From: an uncultured Prevotellaceae bacterium
Lineage (GTDB): Bacteria > Bacteroidota > Bacteroidia > Bacteroidales > Bacteroidaceae
Direction: 5' to 3'
Length of the DNA stretch: 64,000 nt
NCBI GenBank assembly: GCA_900316445.1
Contig: ONCZ01000002.1
Span: 5,986 to 69,985 of the forward strand
Part shown: positions 28,059 to 39,800 of the stretch, one piece after another
How the letters are laid out: the number at the start of each line of letters is the position of its first letter
Numbering within the stretch: position 1 is the stretch's first letter
Position numbers and translations under genes: made by a program
The notes under the pieces: model-generated
Told to the model about the DNA's origin: nothing
Databases searched by the model: none
What the model saw: the letters and a program-made list of their open reading frames with translations, nothing else

Positions 28059-31000
28059 CTACATCTTCTTAATCATGTTCACAAGGGTTACGATATCTTT
28101 GGCATTAATCTTATTATCACCATTCACATCGGCATTCTTGATATTAAAGCCATTGATGTCGCCATTCATGATATAACGGACTATGGATTCAATATCCTTA
28201 TTGTCTACTTTCTCATCATTATTGGCATCACCCAACATTTCTGACTCTTTAATAACATTTGTACGGTCTGCATTCATAATCTCGCCCGACTTGTTGTCTA
28301 TCAGTAACGTCACGATGCGGATGTTCTTCTTGTCTTGAATGTTGTCTGGAAGGTCGAAGGTGTATTCGTATTCATACGTTTGCCCAGCCACGACCGATGT
28401 CGGTACGCTGCCCTCCATTCCGTTCAGATCAGGATAAATTCCACGGGCCACATCGTTGAACCTCATCTCTACAGGACTACCTTTCTTATACCATTCATTC
28501 ATATAGTCATCAGGGTTGTCTGGCATAGAAGAGTCGCTGTAGAAATTAGCTTGACTATAAGGGCCAACGTTGTCCTCTACTACAACGTATGCAATACGGA
28601 AATCGGTATGCCCTTCATCCGTGAATCCAAAAGTAGTTGAAGTCTTCACCGTCACCGAAGTATTGTCCTCTGGTACAAAGACGACATTAGATTGAATTAT
28701 AGCGTCGGCATGGTCCTTTTGTTCCTCGTATGCTTTGGCTGCTTCATCAAGAGTGGAATCAATTGTTTTAAGCCGGTTGATGAGGAAAGTTGGAGTGGAT
28801 GAGTATTCTGTTATGTACTTACCATAATTGTAAGGTTCTCCCACAGCGTCAGCTGCTCCATAACAACTATTCTCATGTATTTCAATTGGAATGAAGTTGT
28901 TGGGATATTTCTCATGCATTTTTTCGGTAGCGACATAACCACGTGGAGACCATCCACACCATGTGCCAACAAAATCTTCCAAGACCATCTTGCGAGGATA
29001 ATGATTAGCAGAACTGGTAAATTCATAGACTAAGTGGCTGTTGGCTGGTATGGCATCTTCTATTCCATTCACACTGACCACATCTAATGTGAGTGTATGA
29101 TGGTAGCCTTCCAACTCTGTGGGGACATCAATTTCTAAAGTCTCTGCCAAACATGAGGCCAAGCAGGTCTCGATGGTCTTTGTTCCATTCACCTTGCCAT
29201 CGAAGTCCCATTTTATGGCATAAGATGTAAGAAGATCAGCACATCTGTTGACAACAGATACCTGAATCTTGTTTGTAGAATCTTCATTTACCATTTTCGG
29301 CTGACATAATCTCAAATCCTTTGGTAGGTTCTCACCTTCAATGATAAAACGAAGGGTCAATGGATGACCTGTTTCTTCATTGTAGCGATTCTCCCAAGTC
29401 TTATCCCCACCCATAATTCTGCACCATTGACCATCGTAATCATGGGGTTCAAATGAGGATATACCAAAATCATGCACATAATACCTTCCAATTCCAACAT
29501 AAAGCTCATCGCCAGTTATTATGTATGGTTCGGATAAAATTATGCTCTTCCACCCTGTTGTCCGAGAAACAGTTACTGATTGCTTTACCAGATAGTCTGT
29601 ACCAGGTTTGGTGATAAACACGTAGTCAGGAAAGTTTGAGTTGAGCATATTTATACAGAAGAACTCAATGCCAGTAATTTTTTGATCTTTATACTTGCCA
29701 ATCATCTCGGCAGGTACATGAATGGCAAGATCCACATCACATCTCTCGAGTGATCCTATTTCTGGCGAATTATAGTGTCCCGTATTATTATCATTAACAT
29801 ATCCCCATTTTACTGCCTTGTTTTCTACAACCAGGTCATCAGACAGGTTCCAGCTCTTCCATCCAGATTTTTGGTAATCAGGCATGGCTCCCTTTGGAAT
29901 ATGAAGTGTCACGTTTTCTTTTACCGAGAAATTATCCTCCCCATAAAATGGAGGCTGAGATGGCGGATATATCGACATGAAATACACATCTGTCAAAGCT
30001 GGCAGATAATCCTCAAACGGGCAGCCTTGAAACAGCAATTGATTAATGGTGTTAAACTTTATTGTTTTTAGTTTGTCACACAAGAATATCCTGTTTTTAT
30101 CAGGGTAATCAGTAGTACCTTCACGAAATTCTATGGTCTTCAATTTCGGACAATTCCATATACGAGGACCTTGAATCATAGAAATGGACAGCGATGTCAG
30201 CTCCTGACAATTCTCAAAAGTTGTAAGGTCGGCATCATAGACCTTATAATCTTTAGAATTATGTGAAATCACATCAGGAATTACTATGTCTCCTGAATAA
30301 TGACCTGATTGAGGTGTAATCACTGTTGCGTAATGTTTCTCATCTAAATCCTGCCATAAATCAAAAGCGATACCATCTTTAATCAAGTATCCATGATTAT
30401 CTCTTTCAAAAGACTTTGAAGTACCATCATAAATAAGCTTCATCAGATTATTGGATATTCGTATTTCAGTATAATAATCTGGCCGCAATCCACTTCCATA
30501 TAAATTCGCAACATCAGCAGACCATTCTTCTGAATCACTGCCCCTACATACTGGCAATAGGCAATAATCACCATCAGCAATTTTGTCATCTATGACAATA
30601 GAAGCAAAATAACCATAGCTTTCAGATTCGTCAGATCCAATTTCATGCTGTTCTTGGGCATAGACTGTAACAAAACCTTTTTCGTTAAAGAGACCCCAGC
30701 CCAACTGAAGTTTTTCCTTCTCACCAGTTGTGCTATATACATTCGCGAACATATTAAATTTTGGAAACGTCCCATCATCCCGTCGCCAAAAATACTTTTT
30801 TTCGCCATTATAAACTACGGAATAAACTTGTGCCTTAGGCTTAACAATCCCAGATGTTCCTTCAGGTGACTGAATTCCTATGACTGCATCTTGATAATCA
30901 TTGAAAGAATTGCCTGTGACGTTGAGACCTGTGAGCATGAAGAATCCATTGCTTTGACCATCCCATCCCCAATTCACATGATAGCGCCCAGAGTCATATC

Positions 31001-31922
31001 CGTCAATGACAAAAGCATGTCCTCCATAACCTGTCATAGATTCTCCGAAGCCAGAGTATATCACAGGTCGGCCTCCTGCCATCTCAGCATACATCAGGTT
31101 ATCCCACTCTTCGTCTGTATATTCTTCCTTAACGACAAATTGCGCACCATCTGGATATCCAAAGATATTCTTTAGCAACTCTGGTATGATTGAAGTATCT
31201 GCGGCAGACTCATCTACACCATAATTCATCTGAACTGCTTGTCCACAATAGAGCATCAGATTGCCAAGGAATTGCAGGCTCTCAGTTCCCCAGCCGAATT
31301 TGATGGGCTCCAACTGAGGCATGTATATCTGATTAGACCATGTGGTATATGCGGGGACTGTAGACGTGTAATCCTTAGGCCAACGGTTATAATTCAGAAC
31401 CTGAGCCATAGCAGTTGCCACACAGCCGGTCACAGAGCGTTGCCCATTATAAATAGGACATTTGGTATTATATGGGAAATCCTGTCCCCATTCTGTTGCC
31501 ATCAGTGTCTCTACTTTTGCACGTCCTTCTGCTCCACGGGTTCTGGCAGGGCGGATATAGTTCTTGTCGTTGGCAATAGCAGTGAGGACCTTCTCGTAAT
31601 AGTTAAGAAGTTCTTTTACATTGTCAGGAACGCTGTCAACATTCAGGCTACCACGGTCTGAATAGCCGAGGATGGGCTCTGTACGGTCATCACCTGAGAC
31701 AATCACAAAGCCCTTCTTGCCTTCAGCATTGAAGACATAAAAGGCTTCATATTCCGCAGGGCTGTCAGCTTTCTCACCTCTGGCAAAGGCTTTCACTTCC
31801 CCGAACTGTTTCCCCGGCATAAACTGCCGGGCCTTCTGCAAGGCTTCCTGCTTGGATACTCTCTCAGCATTCACAACCACCGTCACCATGACGGCCAAAA
31901 GTGTTAACAGCAACTTCTTCAT
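28059..31922 (-). CDS. Giant C10 cysteine peptidase with BspA-type LRR, thioredoxin-like (degenerate CxxC) domain and dockerin-like module
   Basis: VTGCVATAMAQV and GGHAFVIDGYDSGRYHVNWGWDG. LRR_5-like segment (NCQELTSLSI..NCPKLKTIEF). TWCGWSPRG. C-terminus GDANNDEKVDNKDIESIVRYI...NADVNGDNKINAKDIVTLVNMI. Confidence 0.85.
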   Translation of the reverse strand: MKKLLLTLLAVMVTVVVNAERVSKQEALQKARQFMPGKQFGEVKAFARGEKADSPAEYEAFYVFNAEGKKGFVIVSGDDRTEPILGYSDRGSLNVDSVPDNVKELLNYYEKVLTAIANDKNYIRPARTRGAEGRAKVETLMATEWGQDFPYNTKCPIYNGQRSVTGCVATAMAQVLNYNRWPKDYTSTVPAYTTWSNQIYMPQLEPIKFGWGTESLQFLGNLMLYCGQAVQMNYGVDESAADTSIIPELLKNIFGYPDGAQFVVKEEYTDEEWDNLMYAEMAGGRPVIYSGFGESMTGYGGHAFVIDGYDSGRYHVNWGWDGQSNGFFMLTGLNVTGNSFNDYQDAVIGIQSPEGTSGIVKPKAQVYSVVYNGEKKYFWRRDDGTFPKFNMFANVYSTTGEKEKLQLGWGLFNEKGFVTVYAQEQHEIGSDESESYGYFASIVIDDKIADGDYCLLPVCRGSDSEEWSADVANLYGSGLRPDYYTEIRISNNLMKLIYDGTSKSFERDNHGYLIKDGIAFDLWQDLDEKHYATVITPQSGHYSGDIVIPDVISHNSKDYKVYDADLTTFENCQELTSLSISMIQGPRIWNCPKLKTIEFREGTTDYPDKNRIFLCDKLKTIKFNTINQLLFQGCPFEDYLPALTDVYFMSIYPPSQPPFYGEDNFSVKENVTLHIPKGAMPDYQKSGWKSWNLSDDLVVENKAVKWGYVNDNNTGHYNSPEIGSLERCDVDLAIHVPAEMIGKYKDQKITGIEFFCINMLNSNFPDYVFITKPGTDYLVKQSVTVSRTTGWKSIILSEPYIITGDELYVGIGRYYVHDFGISSFEPHDYDGQWCRIMGGDKTWENRYNEETGHPLTLRFIIEGENLPKDLRLCQPKMVNEDSTNKIQVSVVNRCADLLTSYAIKWDFDGKVNGTKTIETCLASCLAETLEIDVPTELEGYHHTLTLDVVSVNGIEDAIPANSHLVYEFTSSANHYPRKMVLEDFVGTWCGWSPRGYVATEKMHEKYPNNFIPIEIHENSCYGAADAVGEPYNYGKYITEYSSTPTFLINRLKTIDSTLDEAAKAYEEQKDHADAIIQSNVVFVPEDNTSVTVKTSTTFGFTDEGHTDFRIAYVVVEDNVGPYSQANFYSDSSMPDNPDDYMNEWYKKGSPVEMRFNDVARGIYPDLNGMEGSVPTSVVAGQTYEYEYTFDLPDNIQDKKNIRIVTLLIDNKSGEIMNADRTNVIKESEMLGDANNDEKVDNKDIESIVRYIMNGDINGFNIKNADVNGDNKINAKDIVTLVNMIKKM

Positions 31923-31961
31923 ACTTATTTTGCTTTTAGATTATTCTATCTTGTCATTCCT

Positions 31962-34900
31962 TTATTTGATCTTGTTTATGAGCACAATATCAACGATATT
32001 CACTTTCTTGTCACCATTCACATCGGCATTCTTGAAGTTGAAGCCATTGGCATTGCCTTCTATGATATATTGTGAGATAGCATCAATGTCTTTGGAGTCC
32101 ACCACCCCATCGCAATTGGCATCACCAGGAATGTCAGTTTCCTGTACGACTTTCGCCTGGCCGGCATTAATAATCCGACCCGTGTTCTTGTCTAACAACA
32201 GTGCGACAGCAGAGAGCTTTGTCTTGTCCTGGATATGGCTGTTGTCCGTGATGTCAGCCCTCAAGGTATAGGGATTCGCCTGGCCAGCCTTGACACTGGT
32301 CGGGATGGTTCCTTCGATGCCTTTATATGGGCTCCAAGCAGCCACTGGCACGTAGTCATATTTCAAGCCTTCAATCTTGCTGGGCATATTGCACCATTTG
32401 TCAAACATAGGATCTTCTGGATATGGATTATTATCTGCAAAGCCATTGACCTGAGCCCATGCAGAGCCTGTCCCGCTTAAACCATCCTCTAACAAGACAA
32501 AGCCCAACTGGAATGGCAGATTGTCGGCATCCATTTCAAACTGGGTATCAGCACTAATGTCAATCTTGTTATGATCCTCATCTGCCCAAACAGCACGTAC
32601 GTTGACAGAACCTGGCACAACCATATTCAAGGCATACTGTACATCCCTATCAATTCCAAAGCGATCTGACATCCAGTATGTTAAATACTCACGTTTCGAA
32701 CCAATGTAAACATCTACCGCTTTCTTACGATTAACATATGTAACAGAAGAATTAGTGAGTGTCAAAATTTCATGATAATCATCAATTTCCATGATATCCA
32801 GATGGTGAATGACTATCGGAATAATCTTATCTCCATACATCTCACATAGTTTCTCTCTGACGGATATCCCCATAGGGCTATAATTGTATACCACTCCTGT
32901 TTTCTCCTCAAAGACGACATTCGTCTCTGGTTTTTTAGTCAAAGTAAACAAAGTACCTGTATCCGAGATATCTTTCTGGGCAGTATTGGCTACGCCATTG
33001 ACTTTCGTGATGGTGATGGTCTTCTCGTCATAACCTTGAACAGGGTCGGAATCTAACTCAAGGGTAACAGCCCTTTTGTTAAATGCCGGAATAGAGAGAG
33101 TAGCTTCTTTTTCGTATGAACCACTTTTTTTACCTGATACCTTATAGCTGATACTATTGACATTATTACCACCGTCATTAACGAGCACAAGTTCGGCTTG
33201 AGCCTTTCCATTCAAAATTGCAGAAGCGTGATTAAACCCAAGGACTCTGACGGCATTCTGATTGTAATTGCCACCACCAAACAACACATAAACCCTCAAA
33301 TTACCCCATTGGGGAACCAAATTCTCCCAATTGGACTGAAATGAAGGTCTTACCCAGAAAGCGCCTTCGCGATTCAACTCAGATCTTACACACTGCAAAG
33401 GATAACCCGCATTCATACCGCCCTCTGTGATATCAAAGGAATAGCCTACATAGAGACCTTCTTCAGGTATCACATGAGAATGTTTGAATGCTACTTGATG
33501 GTCTCGGAACATCTCTGTAGCCAACTGGCTATTGGGAACATCCAAAATCTCTACATCAGCATCCATTTCAGACTTAGGCAAATGAGTAGATACCCATAAG
33601 GTAACATTTTGCATCGCAAGAGTATTCCTGTAGATGTTGATACCATCAATAGTCGTACCTTGTCCACCCACCAAGTTGAAGGGGATATAAACGGCTACAT
33701 GATATCGTATGCCAACCCGTTCCTTACCAATGATATTAGTATTTTCACCCTCGCTATTATACATTTCCACTTCATCATGATTGCTCCACCACATCTGTCC
33801 TTCCTTCAGCTCCACATTATTGACAATCTGTACACCATCATCAATGGGTGTATCCGATGAAGCGAAAGGAATAGCTCCAGAGCTGTTGGCAGCCAGGGCG
33901 TCATCCTTACCATTAACTTTTGTAACCTGATAGATCAACTTATGGTACCTGTCAGAGAAGGTAGCTTCAAAGTTGAAACCTGCTTCCATCGAATGTCCTG
34001 GGCGCAAATCTGCCTCCAGCATTTTACTTCCTTGGTGACTGCCGTCAACATCCCATTCTAAGACAAACGATTTTACAATTTCCTGCGAATGGTTTTGCAC
34101 GGTCATCTTCACATCATAATGGTCTTCTTTCACATCAGATTTCTCCACTTGGATATCCATTACTGCCACATCGAGTGCCATATTATCACCACTGATGACA
34201 AACTTCAAAGGGATGGGATGCTCAAAATCTATAGTCTGATCCGGCATATACTTCCATGTTCCGGGCTCCATACCCTGACTATGATCATCACCCATCGTCC
34301 TGTACCAAAAACCGTCAGGAGCACTCACTTCGATATTTGACATATAAGTAGATATCAAACCATGACGGCCTACACCCACATACAGCTCGTCACCCGTGAT
34401 GGTATATGGCTCTGACAGTTCTATATCCATCCAGGCATTCTCCAAGATCTCAGCGTTCTGCTTCACGATATAGTCAGTACCCGGTTTGGTGATAAAGACA
34501 TAATCGCAAGCCTCTGTCGGCTGATAGAATAGTATATGGCTGATGGACTTTCCTATGTATGGAACCAGTACCTCAGCGGGAACATGAATGGCATACTCAC
34601 CATCGTTGTCACCACACTCGTCATAAACGGAATAAGGAGACACCTCATCACCATTGCAATAGCCCCACTCTATACCGTTAACCTCTGGCACGGGCTGGTC
34701 ATCCACGATATTCCACCCCTTCCAGCCTGCCGTTTCATAGTCAGCCTTGGCACCCTTGGGCACATGGATGGTGGTATTTGGATTCACAACAAACTCTCCG
34801 TCTTTCCAAGTAAAGACTGGTGGTTCTGGGGATGCGAAATAGACATCCGTCAAGGCAGGCAGAGACTCGGTATCCCAGTGAGGGTAGGAATAGAGAGTAA

Positions 34901-36788
34901 ACTGCCGTGGATTCTTGAAACGGATGGTCTTGAGCTTGGAACACCATTCTATACCATGATCTATCGTTGATAAAGATTTTGGGAACTCGATACTTTCAAG
35001 AAGATTACAACCAGAGATCTGTTTCAACGTGCATACGCCCTCACGCAGTTCTAACATTGAAAGTTTGGGGAAACCGCTCATATATGAGAAATAAGTGGTA
35101 GACAACGAAAGGGATGTCAGGTCTGGGAAATCGGAAAAGAGATTTTCGTCAAATTTACTGACATAATAATCCTTGGACTTGTATGATATCTGGCTGGGGA
35201 TATTTAATGTTCCCTTAGGTTTGCTGTCACCAAAGCTGATGATGGAGGCCCGGCCTCTGTCGTACTGATTGTAGACTGAATACGTGATGCCATCGACTGT
35301 CATCACTCCCACATCATCAATAGAACGTTCTTCCCAACTCAGCATAAAGGTACGTAAACGCATCCACTGCCCATCAATCTTAATCTCCAGATAATAGTCT
35401 GACGAGTTGGCTGCTGCCAACCAGTTGGCTGATTCATCTGTCCGGCAAATGGGCACAACACGATAGGTTCCGTCAGAGATGGTAGAGGGTATTGCAAATG
35501 TAGCATCCATACGGTATTCCTCGCCAACAGGGAAGGTATGACTCTCTTCATATAGCACTTGTTGCAATCCGTCACTGTCATAAAGACCATATCCAATTTG
35601 TATGGACATGCTTTCAGACAAGTCGCTGACAAGTGCTGACGACAAATTGATGTTGGTAAATGAGCCACTGGCATTACGAGGCACAATACGGCTGCCACCA
35701 TAATTGACTTCCTTGACCACAGCCTTAGGCCTGTCCACCACATTGCCAGTAGGAGGTTGGATGCTGATTGTTGCAGATTGATCTGAAGTAAAATCACTGC
35801 CACCTGGATTAAGATTCGTCAGCGCAAAGAAGCCATCTTCACTACCACTCCAGCCCCAATTGAAATGAAAACGACCATTTCCATCATAGCCGTCACAAAC
35901 AAACTCATGGCCTCCAGCACTGCCCTGTCCGTCATAGATAATGGGACGACCTTCTGCCAGTTCATTGTACAACAGTAATTCCCAGTCATCATCTTGATAA
36001 CTACTGCGTTCCACACGGTGAGTGGTCTGGCTATAGCCAAACACATTGATCAACGCAGGAGCAATCAGAAAGGAGTTAGCACCAGACTCACCAACGCCAT
36101 ATTCCATCCGGACAGATTGTCCACAATAGAGCATGAGCCGCGAAATGTCTGCATTGGTCATATTATCCCAAGCAAACTCTGTCGGTTCAAGTTGAGGCAT
36201 TTCTATGCCTATAGACTGTGGCGTGTAGGCATCCACACTATTCGTTGGTCCCTGAGGCCAACGGTTGTAGTAAATCACCTGGGCCATGGCCGTCGCCACA
36301 CAACCTGTAACACAACGGTGTCCATTATACACAGGACAGAGATCATTATAGGGAGTACCCTGATCCCATGTCGTCGTGATCAATGGATTAATAGCCGACA
36401 TGGAAGACCTGTCCAAAGAACGTGTCTTTATCTTATTGGGCTGTTCATTTAAAGAGTTGGCCACCTTCTTATAATAGCCCAATAGCCATTTCACGTTGCA
36501 GGGAGCCGTCTGCTGGTCCAGGGATCCATGATCAGAATAGCCAAGGATATCAGGCATGCGGTCATCACCGCTGATGATCACAAAACCACCCTTGTTCTCT
36601 ACATTGAAGATATAGAACGGTTCAACTTCAGCTATTCCTCCAGAACGGGCAAAGGCTTTTGTTTCCCCAAACTGCTTGTCAGGCATAAACTGCCGGGCCT
36701 TCTGCAAGGCTTCCTGTTTGGATACTCTCTCAGCATTCACAACCACCGTCACCATGACGGCCAAAAGTGTTAACAGCAACTTCTTCAT
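31962..36788 (-). CDS. Giant C10 cysteine peptidase with LRR, Ig-like domains and dockerin-like module (1608 aa)
   Basis: VTGCVATAMAQV and AGGHEFVCDGYDGNGRFHFNWGWSG. C-terminus GDANCDGVVDSKDIDAISQYI...NADVNGDKKVNIVDIVLINKI. Confidence 0.85.
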   Translation of the reverse strand: MKKLLLTLLAVMVTVVVNAERVSKQEALQKARQFMPDKQFGETKAFARSGGIAEVEPFYIFNVENKGGFVIISGDDRMPDILGYSDHGSLDQQTAPCNVKWLLGYYKKVANSLNEQPNKIKTRSLDRSSMSAINPLITTTWDQGTPYNDLCPVYNGHRCVTGCVATAMAQVIYYNRWPQGPTNSVDAYTPQSIGIEMPQLEPTEFAWDNMTNADISRLMLYCGQSVRMEYGVGESGANSFLIAPALINVFGYSQTTHRVERSSYQDDDWELLLYNELAEGRPIIYDGQGSAGGHEFVCDGYDGNGRFHFNWGWSGSEDGFFALTNLNPGGSDFTSDQSATISIQPPTGNVVDRPKAVVKEVNYGGSRIVPRNASGSFTNINLSSALVSDLSESMSIQIGYGLYDSDGLQQVLYEESHTFPVGEEYRMDATFAIPSTISDGTYRVVPICRTDESANWLAAANSSDYYLEIKIDGQWMRLRTFMLSWEERSIDDVGVMTVDGITYSVYNQYDRGRASIISFGDSKPKGTLNIPSQISYKSKDYYVSKFDENLFSDFPDLTSLSLSTTYFSYMSGFPKLSMLELREGVCTLKQISGCNLLESIEFPKSLSTIDHGIEWCSKLKTIRFKNPRQFTLYSYPHWDTESLPALTDVYFASPEPPVFTWKDGEFVVNPNTTIHVPKGAKADYETAGWKGWNIVDDQPVPEVNGIEWGYCNGDEVSPYSVYDECGDNDGEYAIHVPAEVLVPYIGKSISHILFYQPTEACDYVFITKPGTDYIVKQNAEILENAWMDIELSEPYTITGDELYVGVGRHGLISTYMSNIEVSAPDGFWYRTMGDDHSQGMEPGTWKYMPDQTIDFEHPIPLKFVISGDNMALDVAVMDIQVEKSDVKEDHYDVKMTVQNHSQEIVKSFVLEWDVDGSHQGSKMLEADLRPGHSMEAGFNFEATFSDRYHKLIYQVTKVNGKDDALAANSSGAIPFASSDTPIDDGVQIVNNVELKEGQMWWSNHDEVEMYNSEGENTNIIGKERVGIRYHVAVYIPFNLVGGQGTTIDGINIYRNTLAMQNVTLWVSTHLPKSEMDADVEILDVPNSQLATEMFRDHQVAFKHSHVIPEEGLYVGYSFDITEGGMNAGYPLQCVRSELNREGAFWVRPSFQSNWENLVPQWGNLRVYVLFGGGNYNQNAVRVLGFNHASAILNGKAQAELVLVNDGGNNVNSISYKVSGKKSGSYEKEATLSIPAFNKRAVTLELDSDPVQGYDEKTITITKVNGVANTAQKDISDTGTLFTLTKKPETNVVFEEKTGVVYNYSPMGISVREKLCEMYGDKIIPIVIHHLDIMEIDDYHEILTLTNSSVTYVNRKKAVDVYIGSKREYLTYWMSDRFGIDRDVQYALNMVVPGSVNVRAVWADEDHNKIDISADTQFEMDADNLPFQLGFVLLEDGLSGTGSAWAQVNGFADNNPYPEDPMFDKWCNMPSKIEGLKYDYVPVAAWSPYKGIEGTIPTSVKAGQANPYTLRADITDNSHIQDKTKLSAVALLLDKNTGRIINAGQAKVVQETDIPGDANCDGVVDSKDIDAISQYIIEGNANGFNFKNADVNGDKKVNIVDIVLINKIK

Positions 36789-36828
36789 ACTTTTTATGCT
36801 TTTTAGTTATTTCTTTTTTGTCATTCCC

Positions 36829-39800
36829 TTATTTGATCTGGTTCAAAATTTTTACAATGTCTATCACATTCACTTTCCGGTCATTATTCGTTTCGGCATT
36901 CCACCAATTGAAACTTTCGGGTTCCTCGGCAGTCATAATGAAATCAGTAACAGCATCAACGTCTTTTTGATCAATGACCTTATTACAATCAGCATCTCCG
37001 CTCAATAGTTCACCCACGTCAACAATCTTGGCATTCTTAAGATCGAAACTATTACAATTAATAACAGGTTTCCCTGTCGTCTTACCTTCCAGATCCTCTT
37101 CTATGAAAGCAATAATATGCATATTATCTGTATTCCATTCTTGATTAAGACGCATATAATAACTCATTTTATAATGATTACCATGCCATATGATGGGATC
37201 TCCCCATAAATCTGAAGCGGTATCTTGTAAAACACCCTTATGTTTATAATCGGCAATCCAAGTATTATTCATTTCATCATACTGGGGAGCCACAAGATTG
37301 TCTTCCGTAAGATATACACTTAGTTTTGATGTAGCATGCAGAATATCAAATTCACTATTCTTATCTCCTTCTACGATTATTTTCAGTAACCGTTTATTTT
37401 TATCGTACTCCACATCAATATTCACATCAGCAAATGACGGCATTTCACGAAGCTTAGCAAAATAATATGAATCTGCCCCAAAATGTCTATTGGCATCTAA
37501 CACCAAACCGATAATACCACACTCATATTTCTTGAAAAACTCTTCACTGGCATTTGATGTCAGTTCATCCCGACAATGATAGGCAACAAGAGCCAAATCA
37601 TCATTTTCTTCTAACAACACATCCTGACGATTATTAGTATTGAGCGCATCGTGACACCATGTTGATGTAATATTCTCGACGAGTATCTTCTGTCTGGTCA
37701 TGCCCTCCTTATATACTCTAAAAGTATATGTGCCAAAGTCATCGTTGGGGAAAAGAGGCTTCTCACCACAGATCTCGTCAACATAGATTTTCACTTTGTG
37801 AAGTCCAACTGAGAGATTGTCAGGAAGATTAAAAGAATATATCTTATATGCTGCAGACGTTTGATCCAATTCCAGACCATAATAGTCTCCGCCTATAATA
37901 TCTTTCCCATCAATTTCTCCCTTGATGTGGAAATCATTACCTATCAACTTTTTACCCCAATTTTTCAGGAACAATGCAAACTGTAATTGCGCATGACTAT
38001 CATATTTATAATAATAAGGGTCAGGATCATTGAGTACCATGGATGTGACATGGATATCATATAAAGGAAGATGATCCCCCTCCAAGATACATTGCATGGC
38101 CAGGCAATTGTCATCTTCTTCAAGCCATTCGTATTCGTTGTTCTCTCCGTATGGTCCATATAAGCAAGCACTCCCTGGCTCCGCTGCACGAGAGCCACTA
38201 CTATTTGTGCCTCCCAAAATATAACTTATCGGATAAATATATCCTTCAGAGTTGTATTCAATACCCATAAAGATACTATCTCCTGTTATTACATACGGTT
38301 TTTCCAAAGACAACACATTCCAACCTAACTTCACATCTCCTATGGCCTGTTTGTAAATGTCCTTCTTGTCGCGAGATGATCCAATCCAGAAATAGACATC
38401 CGAAATATTCTTATCTATCAGGGCAAAGCGGAAATGTTTGATTGAAGCACCGACAAAAGACTGTATTGACTCTTTTGAGAAACTGATGAATGCCTTATAT
38501 GTACCAGCAGCCTGGCCTCCATAACCAAACAATTCGCTATATTCATCAGAACGATAATAACCAAAAAGCATCTGGCTTTCATCAATGTTTTCGAAAGGGT
38601 TGTCGCTGATTATCACATCTGGCATGTCTATTTCTTCGATGCTCTTGAAGTTCTCCCATCCTGCAGAGTTTTTATATATTCTGGCACGACCCTTCGGAAC
38701 ATATAAGGTTGCCTTCTGATAGGTTTCTTCTGAGAAAATATTCGCATTGATAGGAAGATATCCCTTACGGACCACAATCGATTCCAATTGAGTGCAATTG
38801 TAAAAAGCATAATCTCCGATGCTCATCAAAGATTGGGGGATTTCCAAGGATTTCAATTTCTCACAATTTACAAAAGAACTCTTTCCGATTTCTTTGAGAT
38901 TGGGTGGCAACTTGAGATTCTCAAGTCCTGTTCCATCAAATGCTCCTTCTTGAATGATTGTTATATGATCAATATGATGTATTTCCTTCAAGGAAGAACA
39001 ACATGAAAATGCTTGAATAGGAAATCCCGGTAATTTTGAATTCCAATGAATGACTTCAAGGTATTTTGCCCCCATAAAAGCACCCCAAGCCATACTCTCT
39101 ACACTTTCAGGAAGCGTGTATTCTTTCTGAGTCAATCCTCCAGCATACCCCATAAGATGATCCTTATTTGTTGTCAGCAATGCCCCATTCTCAACACAAA
39201 AATCCGTATTGCCTTCCTCAACAATCAATTCTGTTAAGTTATCACACATAGAGATGCAGTATTCCATGGTCCACATTCCATTCAAGGTGTTAAGTTTCAG
39301 TGACTTGGGAATGGTCAGAGTCTTTATCTGAGAACAACCCTCAAAGGCTCCTAAGAACCAATACTTCATGGAAGAAGGCATCTTTATTGATGTCACATTT
39401 TTACAATAGCTAAAGCCGTGGGCTGCAATTGCTGTTACTTTATACAGTTTTCCTTCTATTTCGACCGCTTCTGGTATAACAATGTCTCCTTCTATTTCCT
39501 GATTGGCTGCACTTACTTCTACTTCGTCCGTAGTATAAGGATTAAACTTCAGCCTCTCATCATGCGCAGCATCGGGCATCACTTTCTGTATCAGACTGTT
39601 GCCGCTAATGACAGCCTGAACATACCGCCAGTCTGAGCCTTCATCTGCTACCCAATCTGCAGTCTCACTCTCACGATAGATAGGAACAATGCGATAAACG
39701 CCTTCAGCCAAACCACTGCCGAATGAGAAGATGGCATTAAAGGTGATATTGAATCCAGGGGTGATGTCTATATTACCATATCCCAGCACTTTTTTCAACT